This document shows positions 24,178 through 34,729 of a stretch of 64,000 nucleotides of DNA, piece by piece. The stretch's first letter is position 1. Every line of letters starts with the position of its first letter. This DNA is from a virus, in IMG/VR virus record IMGVR_UViG_3300020183_000039, positions 1-64,000 of that record; one strand, given 5' to 3'. Made by a program: the position numbers and the translations under genes. The notes under the pieces are model-generated. The model made no database searches. It saw only the letters and a program-made list of their open reading frames with translations, and was not told where the DNA came from.

Positions 24178-27100
24178 TGTACTGTGATAGATGCTTGATT
24201 CGAGGTAGCCTGAGACGCCGGAGTACCATTGGAACTGATAAGGCAACGGAAGAGATAGCCATTTGCCAAAGTCGAGAATGGTCTCACGACGAGGAACGAA
24301 GTGTCTGGATAAGTAGCTATGATGACATCATAGCCCTGGTCCGCCACTGTAGCCGTGGGTAGAGGACCATCGTACGTGCCGGAATCCAGGGTGGGCTCAG
24401 GAGTATTGCCCGTGTCATTGGTGCTGATCAAGCGGCCGAAGTCGTCGATCAGTTCCAGGAGAGACTCAGTGAGGACCTCCTCAGGAACGAATGTGAATCC
24501 GAACTCGTCATTGTCGATCAGAGGCCCGTCACTGATTGTAGTCCAGCCGCCGCCACTGTTAGTGTTCATCTGCCACTGGTACGTCAGCGTGCCGCTGTCG
24601 TCAGAGTAGGCCTGGATGAAGAAGCTCGCGAGCTCTCTGAGGCCGATAGGGCCGAGATTTTGCGGCTGCTGAGTGATGTAAATGCCGATGCCGTAGATGA
24701 CCAAGCGGCCGGGGCCAGTCGAAGTGGCCGGAGGCGCCGTATTGCTCGAGGTAACGATGCAACGGACTTTGTAGTTGAGCGCGGCAGTCGAAAGAGCAAC
24801 CACGCGCAGGTTTGGTCCTTCTGGATAGAAGGAAACCAGGCCGTCCCAGGGATCGTCTGTGACGGTGGTCGGGTAGGGAGCCCCGTCCATGTCTCCGTCA
24901 TCAAGCGTCTGAGTAGCGGGAGCGGCGATGTCTTCGACAAGTTCGAAACCGTCTTCCGTCTCGAGAATCAACAGAGATTCTGTTGCGATGTCATCGCCGG
25001 AAACGGACGCTCCGATAAGCCCGTTGTCATAGCTTTGGCCGGTGATTGTGACAAAGCCAGACCCGGTGTCTAGTTGCCACTCGTAGGACAGAGTGCCACC
25101 ATCGTCGGTGGTAGCATTGACCGAGAAGTAGCCTTCTTCGCGCGTGAAGAGATACAGGTCACTCGGACCTGTAATCGTGATAGTGCCAGGAAGAACAGTA
25201 AGCTGTGCGCTGCTGCTGAACACCGTCGGAGCCCCGCCAGTGCTATTGACAGCGGCACGGTAGAGGCTTCCGTCGAGAGCAAGGCCAGCCGGCGTGACAC
25301 CGAGAACCGGAGTCGTGACGCCGGAGAATTGACCTCCATTCGTGAGGTTGATCCAATTCGTACCATTCCACTGTTGCCACTGGTACGAGACAACTCCGTT
25401 ATCGTTCGTCGTTGCGGCGACAGAGAACTGCGCGAGGTTCGTGGAAACGACAGTGGAGTCACCAGGCTGACTCGTGATCGTGATCTCCTTGGGAATCACC
25501 GTGAGCAAGCAAGGCTCGGAGGTGACGTACGTGAATCCGAGATCAGATTCGACCGCTACTCTGAATTGAGCCTGATTGTAGAAGTTGTCCTGAGGGGTGA
25601 TCGTCAGCTTGTAAGTAGTCGCGCCATCGAACGTGGCATTATCGTTGATGTCAACCCACGGAGAAGTCGGGGTGAGACGAACTTGCCAACGGAAGAAGAA
25701 CGGCTCGACGACCCCGTTGAGAATGGTGATCTCAACGTCGCCGCTGTCACCAACGAGAAGCGAAAGCGAGAGTGGCTTGATAGCCACGAACGCGCTTGAC
25801 CTAGAGCGAGTACCAAGCGGACGGGGAGGACGGGGGAGGAACTCTTTGCGCTCGTGAAGAAGGTAAGCAGTCTCGGTCTCGACGCAGATGTCGTCGATGA
25901 CATCCTCCTCATCGATCAGGATCTCGCCGGCCTCTGTGGTGATCTCAAGATCATTCTCCGTGGTGATGGCAGGGGTGGCGTCCTCTTTGCCGAACAGGCA
26001 CTCGGTGCGGAAACTGTAGAGCGCCTTGGGATCGAAGACAGGATCATCGCTCGCGGACAGGTCTGCCACAAAGTACGCATAGCACACCGCGTAGTTCGAG
26101 AAAGACGCGCGATCAACATCGTCCGGGAACTCGACATTAGGAGCGATGAACTCACTGGAATCTCCGAGTTCAGCTTCGGGGCCGATTGCGTACGTCAGGA
26201 TGCCCTCGTCCACGTCGGTCTGGAGGAAGCCCGTGAGGAACCGTCTCCGACTGGAGTACTGGAGGTAACGGCCAGCGCGAGAGCCATCTGGAAGCAACCG
26301 ACGATACGCGTAAGCATCGTAGTCTACGATCGTGGATGGGTTGAAAGGCTTCGAGTTGGCGGGGTTCTCGAAACTGATGATCGCCTGCTGAAATCCAGAC
26401 TGGTTATCTAGGTCCGTATCGCGGACTTGAGAAACGAGATAGTCCTCCACGTAGAACGTGGTGTAGTCCGGCAGAGCGGTTCCATCTAGATAGTAGTCCT
26501 CGTCATAGAGTCTCGGTCGAAGGCTCGAAGGAGTAGTTTGAGTCTCCGAAGGAGGCAGGAGCCGCGAGAAGTAGCTCTGGTTCGCAAGTACTGCCTCGGT
26601 GCGGTTCCAGAATCTTGCGTTCCGGGGGTACTCGAGAGGCAGTCGAGCAAAATGACGGTACTGAGCCGGATCTTCCGGGCCTGTGTTCTTGTCCGCGATC
26701 AGCGTGTTAGTGTACGCGGCGTCGTAGCCTACGTCGGCCACATTGAGCACACGATGCTTCCAGAGACGCAGAGGCGTCTTGGAGTTCATCACCGTCGGAC
26801 GCATGCGCCAAGCGGGAGACTGGAAGATGATCTGATCCAGACGGACTCGGATGGGCAGAGGAGGGCAAGGCTCCGGCGGAGGATTTTCCGGATCGCAAGG
26901 CTGGCAGAGAAGCTCACCCTTGTCGTAGAAGCCTTCGTCCGCGTCGGAAGTCGGGACTGTGAAGTCGATGACCCCGTTGTCGAGATAGCATTGAGGAGGA
27001 GGAAGAGGCTTACCGCAGGGCGTGCAAACCGTGGGAAGATACGTATCCGTGTACTCGCCCTGATCAACCACTGTCTCAGCGGAATCGTCGCCGAACTCCT

Positions 27101-29444
27101 CGTCGTTCAGAGTGCAAGTGATCTCCGATGCTACGCCAATGAAACCGTCGTCATAGCCGATGCAGGCGATCTCGGGACTAACTACTCTGTCATATTCCTC
27201 GCCGTCGTACAGCACGCAGTCGTCATCGATATCCGCAGAGCCGAGGCCATCGATCCCGGGAGGACCGAGGAACGGGAGTTGCCCGTAGACGTAAGGACCA
27301 TTGTCGATGGTGCCGCACTCCTCGCCACAGACCGTGTTGACTAGCGGCGGCGGCAGCGGGTTGCCCACCGTATAGATCCCGCCATCAGCGTTCTCGCAGA
27401 GAGTCGTGGGAGCAAAGTTGCAGAACGGTTGGATCAGCTCGTCGAACTCTCCGTCATCGAACGACAGGAATCCAGAGATGAACTTGGCATTGAGGCATCC
27501 GACATCGGATTGCTCAGCGTAGAGCACAGCATCGAGTTCTGGTCTGCGATCGAATTCGCCGTCATCGGCCGTCATCCAGGCGGCTTCGGCCGGGATCGGG
27601 AAGTAGGTCTCGTTGTCTAGAGTCGGGTCAAAGACCCACTCCACGCAGGGGAACTCGACTTCGCCGAACGTCGTCTTAGCGTTGTACTCGAACGACACCG
27701 CACTGAGCTCGAGCCCGTCGAACGCTAGAGCAAAGCCATCGTACTCGCCATCCGAGTCGCTAGCGACAAGCACGATCTCGTTGAACTGGCCCGGATCAGA
27801 CATGAGGACAGGACCCGGTTGCCCGTCGACATCGATGATCAAATCATCGTAGTCAATGATACGCTCGAAATCCTCTTGAGTGACGTTTCCGTCAAAGGGG
27901 CTACGATCGTAGATTCCCTCGTCGACCACGTTCGTGGGCGGGATGGCATCATCGAAGTCCCCATCGTCCAGGTAGAACTGCCCCAGTGGCTGCTCATACT
28001 CCCCATTGTTGATATCTCCGTCGATAGGTCCCAAGAACAGCACGCCATTGCAGCCTATGGCAAAGCTAGTATCTGGCCCGGGATCCGTAGCGATCTCATC
28101 TGGCTCCGGGTCATAAAACTGTCGGAGCGTCATCGTGAAGTTCGGAGTATCGCAGATACCGAACTCGGGGTCAGGAGGCAGATAGCAAGGCTTGGTATAG
28201 ATGCTCGCGTCGTCGATGCAGATCTCGAACCCGTTTTCCGTTGCCAGCTCAGTGGGCTCGTCTGTGAAGAACCCGTCGTCATCCAGACTAGACGTCGGAA
28301 CGGATGTCAGCGGGTACTCACCATTGCTAACGGTCTCCAGGGGCGGGATCGGATCTTCGAATGTCCCGTTGTCGGTAATACTAGCACTGCCCTGCGGAGC
28401 ATTGATGAGAAGTTTGATCGGAGGCTCGGTCTCGACATTGCAAGCCGGGTCTTCGATGGCCAGAAGTTCGCCGTTGTCCGTCTCCAGATCTTTCAGATCC
28501 TGAGTCTGCAGGACAGTCGTTTTCGTCTCGAGAGACACCGTAGGATTATAGACGTCGTCACAGCCTTCGACTGAGAAGTTGTAGTGAGACGTGAGGTATG
28601 CCGTGGCTGGCCCTGGCTTGAGACCGATAAGCTCAAGAAGTTCGGCAATGGAGATCTCCTTGAGGATGTCGTCCAGAGACAGCCCTTCTTCTTCGTTGAA
28701 CCCGTGGACGTCAAGGGCGTCGAAGAGGAAATGACTCGAGATCCAGTTGCCTTTGTTGCCCCAAAGGCCGAGGAACTGGTTCCTGATCTGCTCAGATCCC
28801 CAGTCATTGATGTCTTCCCAGTCTTCGATGAAGAAGAGGAATGGCTCGGCGAGAGAGCCTTCTACAGAGATATTGACGCCAGTGCTATCGGAGTTAAGGA
28901 TCCGGACAGACGTGAGCCGTTGAGATATGTCCTGAGTAACATAGAAAGTCTCGTCGGGACCGCCGGCTGCCGTGACATCGACAAGCTCATTGAACACGTA
29001 CTCGCCGCCTACAATCAGGCGAGGAGTGCTTTCGTACAGGACGTCACGAGGCTGGCCAAACGGCACAACATGGGTCTTGCCGTCCTGCGCGAAGACGTCG
29101 AAGGCCAGGTCAGCTGAGGCCCCGACTTTAGAGCGGTTGAAAGGGGCCGGACGCTCGGAGTAGTCCCTGTCTTTATTGTAGACACCGTAAGAGCCGACCT
29201 GTACGGCTCGCTTCTCGGATACAGTACGAGGAAGCCCTTCCCACTCGTACGACCCATCGATCGTGGGGATCCTTTTCCCCCAGTACGAAGGCCCGTTAAA
29301 GCCAAGCAGCTGAGCGTTCCAATCGATCTGGCCGTTAACACGCGCCAGAACCTGACTCAGAGCCTGCTTCTGCTCTTCGGTGTAAACCGTGGGAAGATGG
29401 CCACGGAGCTCGTATTGTTCCCGGTCGAATACGGGGCTCGGCAT
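24174..29444 (-). CDS. Giant acidic virion protein with many DxGx(F/Y) repeats, Cys/Pro segments and C-terminal Ig-like domains
   Basis: 1756 aa; repeats such as DNGTF, DDGEF, DEGFY; Ig-like units ITxQP...YQWQ...YRxxV. Confidence 0.75.
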   Translation of the reverse strand: MPSPVFDREQYELRGHLPTVYTEEQKQALSQVLARVNGQIDWNAQLLGFNGPSYWGKRIPTIDGSYEWEGLPRTVSEKRAVQVGSYGVYNKDRDYSERPAPFNRSKVGASADLAFDVFAQDGKTHVVPFGQPRDVLYESTPRLIVGGEYVFNELVDVTAAGGPDETFYVTQDISQRLTSVRILNSDSTGVNISVEGSLAEPFLFFIEDWEDINDWGSEQIRNQFLGLWGNKGNWISSHFLFDALDVHGFNEEEGLSLDDILKEISIAELLELIGLKPGPATAYLTSHYNFSVEGCDDVYNPTVSLETKTTVLQTQDLKDLETDNGELLAIEDPACNVETEPPIKLLINAPQGSASITDNGTFEDPIPPLETVSNGEYPLTSVPTSSLDDDGFFTDEPTELATENGFEICIDDASIYTKPCYLPPDPEFGICDTPNFTMTLRQFYDPEPDEIATDPGPDTSFAIGCNGVLFLGPIDGDINNGEYEQPLGQFYLDDGDFDDAIPPTNVVDEGIYDRSPFDGNVTQEDFERIIDYDDLIIDVDGQPGPVLMSDPGQFNEIVLVASDSDGEYDGFALAFDGLELSAVSFEYNAKTTFGEVEFPCVEWVFDPTLDNETYFPIPAEAAWMTADDGEFDRRPELDAVLYAEQSDVGCLNAKFISGFLSFDDGEFDELIQPFCNFAPTTLCENADGGIYTVGNPLPPPLVNTVCGEECGTIDNGPYVYGQLPFLGPPGIDGLGSADIDDDCVLYDGEEYDRVVSPEIACIGYDDGFIGVASEITCTLNDEEFGDDSAETVVDQGEYTDTYLPTVCTPCGKPLPPPQCYLDNGVIDFTVPTSDADEGFYDKGELLCQPCDPENPPPEPCPPLPIRVRLDQIIFQSPAWRMRPTVMNSKTPLRLWKHRVLNVADVGYDAAYTNTLIADKNTGPEDPAQYRHFARLPLEYPRNARFWNRTEAVLANQSYFSRLLPPSETQTTPSSLRPRLYDEDYYLDGTALPDYTTFYVEDYLVSQVRDTDLDNQSGFQQAIISFENPANSKPFNPSTIVDYDAYAYRRLLPDGSRAGRYLQYSSRRRFLTGFLQTDVDEGILTYAIGPEAELGDSSEFIAPNVEFPDDVDRASFSNYAVCYAYFVADLSASDDPVFDPKALYSFRTECLFGKEDATPAITTENDLEITTEAGEILIDEEDVIDDICVETETAYLLHERKEFLPRPPRPLGTRSRSSAFVAIKPLSLSLLVGDSGDVEITILNGVVEPFFFRWQVRLTPTSPWVDINDNATFDGATTYKLTITPQDNFYNQAQFRVAVESDLGFTYVTSEPCLLTVIPKEITITSQPGDSTVVSTNLAQFSVAATTNDNGVVSYQWQQWNGTNWINLTNGGQFSGVTTPVLGVTPAGLALDGSLYRAAVNSTGGAPTVFSSSAQLTVLPGTITITGPSDLYLFTREEGYFSVNATTDDGGTLSYEWQLDTGSGFVTITGQSYDNGLIGASVSGDDIATESLLILETEDGFELVEDIAAPATQTLDDGDMDGAPYPTTVTDDPWDGLVSFYPEGPNLRVVALSTAALNYKVRCIVTSSNTAPPATSTGPGRLVIYGIGIYITQQPQNLGPIGLRELASFFIQAYSDDSGTLTYQWQMNTNSGGGWTTISDGPLIDNDEFGFTFVPEEVLTESLLELIDDFGRLISTNDTGNTPEPTLDSGTYDGPLPTATVADQGYDVIIATYPDTSFLVVRPFSTLANGYLFRCLISSNGTPASQATSNQASITVQ

Positions 29445-29447
29445 GGC

Positions 29448-29651
29448 TTAGAAAGTCCCGTTGTTGACGAGAGTCGGAAGAGCCGCTTCTATAGCGGCCT
29501 TCTGCGCGTCCACGTAAGCCTTGGTAGCTCCTTCGTCGGGGACAAGGGGATAGACATTAACATCGGTCTCGAGTCCCGTGATGCGATTGCCACGCATATC
29601 AAGAACTCCGGTTATCTGAACGTCCGCACCAGAAACCCTAGAAGAAGCCAT
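29448..29651 (-). CDS. Small fibre-type protein
   Basis: LDMRGNRITGL...ATKAYVD, ends NNGTF. Confidence 0.65.
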   Translation of the reverse strand: MASSRVSGADVQITGVLDMRGNRITGLETDVNVYPLVPDEGATKAYVDAQKAAIEAALPTLVNNGTF

Positions 29652-31134
29652 CGTCCAACGCTGTCGTGAATGTTATGTCGACGTATGCCTTTGTCGACAG
29701 ATCAGACTGCTCAACAGGTGCTCCCAAGTTGATCACTTGCTGTGGAGTTACTGTTGAAGTCTGAACTATAGAGACGATATTCTCAGCCAGGACCAGAAAT
29801 CCAGCTGGGTCCGTGGCTACGTTATCTCGAAGTGGATCAGAAAGAAGATCCGCGTCTCCGACGATCTGAGTCGGAGGCCTGAGTTCGATAGCTACCGGCT
29901 GATCGAATGTCGGAGCTTCGGTGTCCGAGCCGAACTTGAAATTCCCGCGGTCGAGAAGGTCATCATAGAGTTTGACAGCGCCGGTGACCGGCGACATGTA
30001 CTCAGCGGAGTACTTCTCTATGGAAGTGAAGAGTTCTCGTAGTGAATTGTCTTGGAAGTCCGTGAGCCATTTAGCTACTGGCTCGTATTTGACGGACGTG
30101 AAATTACGCTCGTCCGTCGTCTCCACTACGGCTTGTTCCTTGACCTCCAGCGTAGCAAGTACGATGTAAGGCCGCGGTTCCAGTTGATCAAACTTACCCT
30201 CAAGGAAGGGTTGTACTATAGTAACAGAGCCTACTGGCCGCTGATTCGGGTAGACCGCTTGGCCGGTGTAGAGGACCGAGGTGACTTCGGCGGTGCCGTC
30301 CCAGAAGAACAACTTCCAGTAACGCCGGCCCCCGTCGGAATTGCCTCTAACGGTCCAACCAAGATCCTCTGGCTCCCGGCTATCTTCTATGTGCCAGACG
30401 ATCGCGTCGATGGAACTGTAGAGCGCGCATTTGGCCGTCCCAAGCAGTGGTTCGGCGACCGAGAGCTTGAACTCTCTGGCCACGACCGGCACCGTGAAGT
30501 CGATGTCGACATACGAAGCGTCTGGGTACTTGCCAGCTACGGCGTATTCAGTAGGACTCCATGATCCGTCCTCGAAGCTCGAGAACATCGCCGAGACCGG
30601 GCGGTACGGAGCGGTCCTATTCGCCTCGTAAAGCGAGGCGCTGCCCCCAAGAGAGTAGTTCTCGACGTCGAAAACACCGTCAGGCGGGTCTTCAGGCCGA
30701 GCGTAGTCTATGTAGTATCCAGCCTGATAGACTCCGTCCTGAACCCCGCCGTCTACGATCGTTCTAAGATCGATGGCGAGAGTATCGGTCTGGATCTGGC
30801 CATGCTGCCAGGTGATCGTCCCGCTCTCGAAGAGCAAGATATGTTGGTCCTCAGTCCATGCCCCAACTTCTAGCGAGCCGGGACCACGAGTTGTACCAAA
30901 CTGCGGGTCGACGTAGACCAGGCCATTGTCCTTCTCCCCAAAGTACTCGAGTTGGAACCCCTGAGAGATGCCGGGAAGGCGATTGTAGATCGGAAGACCG
31001 TCAGCTCGCCCCCAAACCGTAGGGACCGGAGCGATCCGCTTAATCCTAGCGGCTTCCTCATTGAGAACCTGGACTTTAGCAAATCCGTCTACAAGAGGCT
31101 TCGTTACGATCTTGCTAGGTGGAGCTTTCGTCAT
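29638..31134 (-). CDS. Baseplate/tail structural protein with a discoidin-like central region
   Basis: IDFTVPV...LYSSIDAIVW...RYWKL; STKAYVD; ends DDGFF. Confidence 0.6.
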   Translation of the reverse strand: MTKAPPSKIVTKPLVDGFAKVQVLNEEAARIKRIAPVPTVWGRADGLPIYNRLPGISQGFQLEYFGEKDNGLVYVDPQFGTTRGPGSLEVGAWTEDQHILLFESGTITWQHGQIQTDTLAIDLRTIVDGGVQDGVYQAGYYIDYARPEDPPDGVFDVENYSLGGSASLYEANRTAPYRPVSAMFSSFEDGSWSPTEYAVAGKYPDASYVDIDFTVPVVAREFKLSVAEPLLGTAKCALYSSIDAIVWHIEDSREPEDLGWTVRGNSDGGRRYWKLFFWDGTAEVTSVLYTGQAVYPNQRPVGSVTIVQPFLEGKFDQLEPRPYIVLATLEVKEQAVVETTDERNFTSVKYEPVAKWLTDFQDNSLRELFTSIEKYSAEYMSPVTGAVKLYDDLLDRGNFKFGSDTEAPTFDQPVAIELRPPTQIVGDADLLSDPLRDNVATDPAGFLVLAENIVSIVQTSTVTPQQVINLGAPVEQSDLSTKAYVDITFTTALDDGFF

Positions 31135-34100
31135 AGAGCAAGCGTCCCGTCACCGTAGTTCACTGGCTTGTACGGGAACGCGGTGCCCGTATAGAAAGAT
31201 AGCTGAGAAGGCTGAGAGCGCGTGTTGGTGTTCTCCCAGACGAATGTCTTGGACGCCAGAGTGTTAGCCTTGGAGGTCACAGTGATCGTCGCCGTTCCGA
31301 GCTTATTAGTTGACACTTGCACACCAAGACGTGACAACAGTCGCTCGGAACCGACCGAAGCTACCACGAACTTCAGAAGATTTCCGAAGACCTCTTCGAT
31401 CCTGGGAGTGTTGATGACCTCTCCAGCCCACGACGTAACTAGGTCCGGCGGAGTGAATGATCGGATGGCCCGGTAGAACTTCTGAGAGTAGTCGTTCTGA
31501 TCGATGATCACATCCTCGTAACGATATGTCGGATCGTAGTACTTGACCGTTTCAGCTTTGTCGGTACGAACGAAAATCCCGTTATCGAAGTAAACCTCCA
31601 AGTCAGTAAGAGGAGTCACATGCTTCGTAGCTTCGTACTGACGGAAGATCGTGCCATTGCGGAACAGAGCCGCGTCTCCAGGAGCGAACCTAAAGATGTC
31701 TCGGAAGACCGGAATGCCACGGGTCTCCACTTGCCAGCCAGAACTGGACCAGAAATAGGATCCCAGCGTCTCCCCTACTGGCCCGATGACCTGAACTGTC
31801 TGACCGAAGATCAAGTCCGTCGGCACTCGGATAGACCCTTGCTCGATCAGCAACTGAGTGATGTCTTGCGGAGAGAAGAACGAAGGCAGAACGCTCTGAT
31901 TCAGAGTGTAGTTGTATCGGAAAGTGCTTGCCGGAACTTCGATCATGAACCCGTCTTCGACAAGCTTGTCCGGATCATCAATACTCGGCGTGAAGTCGAC
32001 AATCGCCTGGAAGTATCGCGGCAGCGGCAGATTAGCCTCGATCAACCGTTTGCACGAAGGAGTCAGCACGTCGCATTGCTCAGCGAGAACAGTACAGTTC
32101 TCAAGTTCCGTAGCGTTAAAGCCACCGCGAGCTCTGTAACGAAGGTACTCGCCCAAAGCGAACCGAGCTTTGTAGCGGAACGGGCTGTCCGAAAAGAGAG
32201 GACGGCCAGCGCAGTCGAGATAACTTACTACTTCGATGACCTGCAGGATGCCGTCTGCGACAAGCTGATCGACAAGCTCTGAGTAGGTGCCGATAGTGTT
32301 GTTGCAGAAGGTAAAGTCCTGAAGAGCTTTGACATAGAGCTGGACAACGCCTTTGAGCTCACTGATGTAGCAGGAGTCCTCAAGAACCGAGCCAGCAAGA
32401 AACTGCTCCTGGGACGGAGTCACGAGGATCTGTCCGGCCGTGTAGACTTGGTCTTCGGCAAGAAGCTGCACCGACACGGTGTCAGTTCCAACATAGCCCT
32501 GAGCTTGAGCGGTACCAAGGTCAGCGAGGTTGCTCGTGATCGTGAAGTCTTTCTTTGCGACCCATACTGGGTAGCCAGGACGCAGCGAAAGCGGCACGTA
32601 GCTAGGCACGCGAGGCTCGTAGACCTCGTTGTTGAGATCGCTTCTCACGAACTCGACGATCTGCGGGTTGTATTCGTTTGCGTCGTTGAATGCCTCGATC
32701 TCTAAACCAGCGTTCCAATCTGAGAAGCTCTTAGCTGCGGACAACGTGCCATCAAGAACAAGCTCCTGAGTCGTCTTCTTGCCGGTGTACGTGAAGCTAG
32801 CAAGTACCACATGGAGAGTGGCCTGAGCCGCAGTCACCACGCTGATGACCTGGCCGGTAGAGTACTCGCCAGGAGATAGAGCGCGGATGATTTGGAACGA
32901 GAGGTCGTCGATATTAGCATGATACGACTTGTCGCCCGTGATCGGAGTGAACCCGTTAAGCACCTCGTAGTAGAGGGGCACAAGGCCAGTACGATTGACG
33001 ACCAGATCGCCTTCTTGAAGAGTATTGCCCGTGCGGAACGACTTCGGAGACACCACTCCGAACGAAGGACCAGAGATACTCCTCGGAGTGTAGTATGCTA
33101 CCAGAGAACCGATGTCCGGATCGATATACTGAGTCTCAGTACCCAGAGTCAGAGACAGAGCCGTTGCTAACGCGCCTTCTACGTCTGAGATGTTCGGTTC
33201 GTAGCTGACCGGGAACACCGCGTTCGGAGTCAGGATTCCGAACAGAGAGTCACGAACAGTCTGCGTGAGGTTACGAAGATCCTGAGCGTAAGGCTTGTTC
33301 GGATCGTAGCTCAACTGTAACGAGATATCTGCATCGTCCACTTCCATGGAGTAGACCGTGCCAGTGAACTCGGTCGGAAGGGAGAAACGAACCAGATTCT
33401 GCAGGCTTCTCCGTTGAGCCGAAGTCAGCGGAGTGCCGTCCGGATTGATGACGAAGAACGAGACTGCTGGGGCGCTGTCGACAAAGTTCTCGTCATAACG
33501 ATAGAAGTCTTTCTCAGACCGCCTGGGCAGCACATTGACGCCAGTTCCCGGACCAAGTGCGTCAGAGAAGAAGTCAACCCAGTCCTCAGCAGAGACCGGA
33601 TTGCGACGTCGAATAAGCGTGAAGAAACGTTCTTTGACCTGAGCTAGCAACTCCGGGTCCGAGCCACCACGAGCGGGCTCTGGATTAGTGACACCAAGAA
33701 CGCCAGCAAGTGACGTTACGGCTGACGTGATGGTATTAGCGTCTACGTTCGTGTTCGATCCACGAAGAAGCGAGACGGCAGTGATGCGGCCTGTCTCCTC
33801 TCCTGCAGGGATCCTGAGATTAGCATTGGTGACGAAAGCGATCGACTGACCGCCGGTCAGATTGGAGTCGGTGGCGAGTTCGAAGCCTTCGAAAACAACA
33901 AACTCCTGGTCTCGCGGCTCGATCGTGAACTTGACCTCTACTACCGAGCCGGCCCCGGTACGCCGTTGCGCACCAAGAAAGGGTCCGATCCACTCGACAA
34001 GTACGGACTCTGGGAACGAGTTAGCGAACGCGAGGAGCTCGGATTGAGCGAAGGCCTGACCCTCGAGCAGCGCCATGATCGGCGAGCCGCTAGAGAAGTC

Positions 34101-34211
34101 ATTAAGAGTTTCCCCAGAAGCCTCGTAGACCCTCTGGGCTGCCGCCGCGACCAGCTCCGATTCGTTTCTCGGATCGAGCTCGATCGGGGGCAAGGGCGCG
34201 TAATTCGGCAT
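31131..34211 (-). CDS. Baseplate wedge protein (J-like/gp6-like)
   Basis: LDPRNESELV...DFSSGSP..ALLE...VTNPEPARGGSDPE...VSAEDW. Confidence 0.85.
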   Translation of the reverse strand: MPNYAPLPPIELDPRNESELVAAAAQRVYEASGETLNDFSSGSPIMALLEGQAFAQSELLAFANSFPESVLVEWIGPFLGAQRRTGAGSVVEVKFTIEPRDQEFVVFEGFELATDSNLTGGQSIAFVTNANLRIPAGEETGRITAVSLLRGSNTNVDANTITSAVTSLAGVLGVTNPEPARGGSDPELLAQVKERFFTLIRRRNPVSAEDWVDFFSDALGPGTGVNVLPRRSEKDFYRYDENFVDSAPAVSFFVINPDGTPLTSAQRRSLQNLVRFSLPTEFTGTVYSMEVDDADISLQLSYDPNKPYAQDLRNLTQTVRDSLFGILTPNAVFPVSYEPNISDVEGALATALSLTLGTETQYIDPDIGSLVAYYTPRSISGPSFGVVSPKSFRTGNTLQEGDLVVNRTGLVPLYYEVLNGFTPITGDKSYHANIDDLSFQIIRALSPGEYSTGQVISVVTAAQATLHVVLASFTYTGKKTTQELVLDGTLSAAKSFSDWNAGLEIEAFNDANEYNPQIVEFVRSDLNNEVYEPRVPSYVPLSLRPGYPVWVAKKDFTITSNLADLGTAQAQGYVGTDTVSVQLLAEDQVYTAGQILVTPSQEQFLAGSVLEDSCYISELKGVVQLYVKALQDFTFCNNTIGTYSELVDQLVADGILQVIEVVSYLDCAGRPLFSDSPFRYKARFALGEYLRYRARGGFNATELENCTVLAEQCDVLTPSCKRLIEANLPLPRYFQAIVDFTPSIDDPDKLVEDGFMIEVPASTFRYNYTLNQSVLPSFFSPQDITQLLIEQGSIRVPTDLIFGQTVQVIGPVGETLGSYFWSSSGWQVETRGIPVFRDIFRFAPGDAALFRNGTIFRQYEATKHVTPLTDLEVYFDNGIFVRTDKAETVKYYDPTYRYEDVIIDQNDYSQKFYRAIRSFTPPDLVTSWAGEVINTPRIEEVFGNLLKFVVASVGSERLLSRLGVQVSTNKLGTATITVTSKANTLASKTFVWENTNTRSQPSQLSFYTGTAFPYKPVNYGDGTLAL

Positions 34212-34642
34212 CAGAAGAACCCTTCGTCGACTACTGGGAAGTTATTGATCCGCTCGTTGAGGATCTCTTTGGTGATAGCGTCTGAGTTATCAAGCTGCGC
34301 GAACTTGGCCAGGAAGTTCTGCCCGGAACCGCCCTGGTTATACTTAGCGTTGGTGTTCCAGAACTGAGGGGCGTAGTTCGGGTTGGCGTTAGTCTGGTCG
34401 CCGAATTGTACCTGCCCCATGAAGCTCTTGCTTCCGGTGATTGGGGCAACCCCGTAACTCTGGTCCGTGTCAAGCGTGACGTAGACGCGATCTAACCCGC
34501 TATCGCCGCCGCGCTGGATATCATTTCGATTGATTGGGGCATAATGCCAATCCGTGTCAGCGCCATCAAACTTGATCTCGCGTGCTCCGTTGAGCCATTG
34601 AGACGTGACGATGACTCCTGGCCCGAACAGTGTTTTCGCCAT
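34211..34642 (-). CDS. Structural protein
   Basis: MAKTLFGPGVIVTSQWLN start, ends DEGFF; GGGTAA motif 30 nt upstream. Confidence 0.65.
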   Translation of the reverse strand: MAKTLFGPGVIVTSQWLNGAREIKFDGADTDWHYAPINRNDIQRGGDSGLDRVYVTLDTDQSYGVAPITGSKSFMGQVQFGDQTNANPNYAPQFWNTNAKYNQGGSGQNFLAKFAQLDNSDAITKEILNERINNFPVVDEGFF

Positions 34643-34681
34643 TCGATCTGGCACTAGACTTCTCGGAGAGTTTTACCCCGC

Positions 34682-34709
34682 AAAGAAAAAGCCTCCCCGA
34701 AGGGAGGCT
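34682..34709 (-). terminator. Rho-independent terminator after the tail tube gene
   Basis: AGCCTCCC-TTCG-GGGAGGCT followed by TTTTCTTT, directly followed by GGGGTAAAA. Confidence 0.85.
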
Positions 34710-34729
34710 AGTGTCATCTGATCGGAAGA

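Noticed and set aside
24174-29444. Tape-measure protein
   Set aside because: Acidic, Cys/Pro-rich and Ig-like rather than helical and Ala/Gly-rich.
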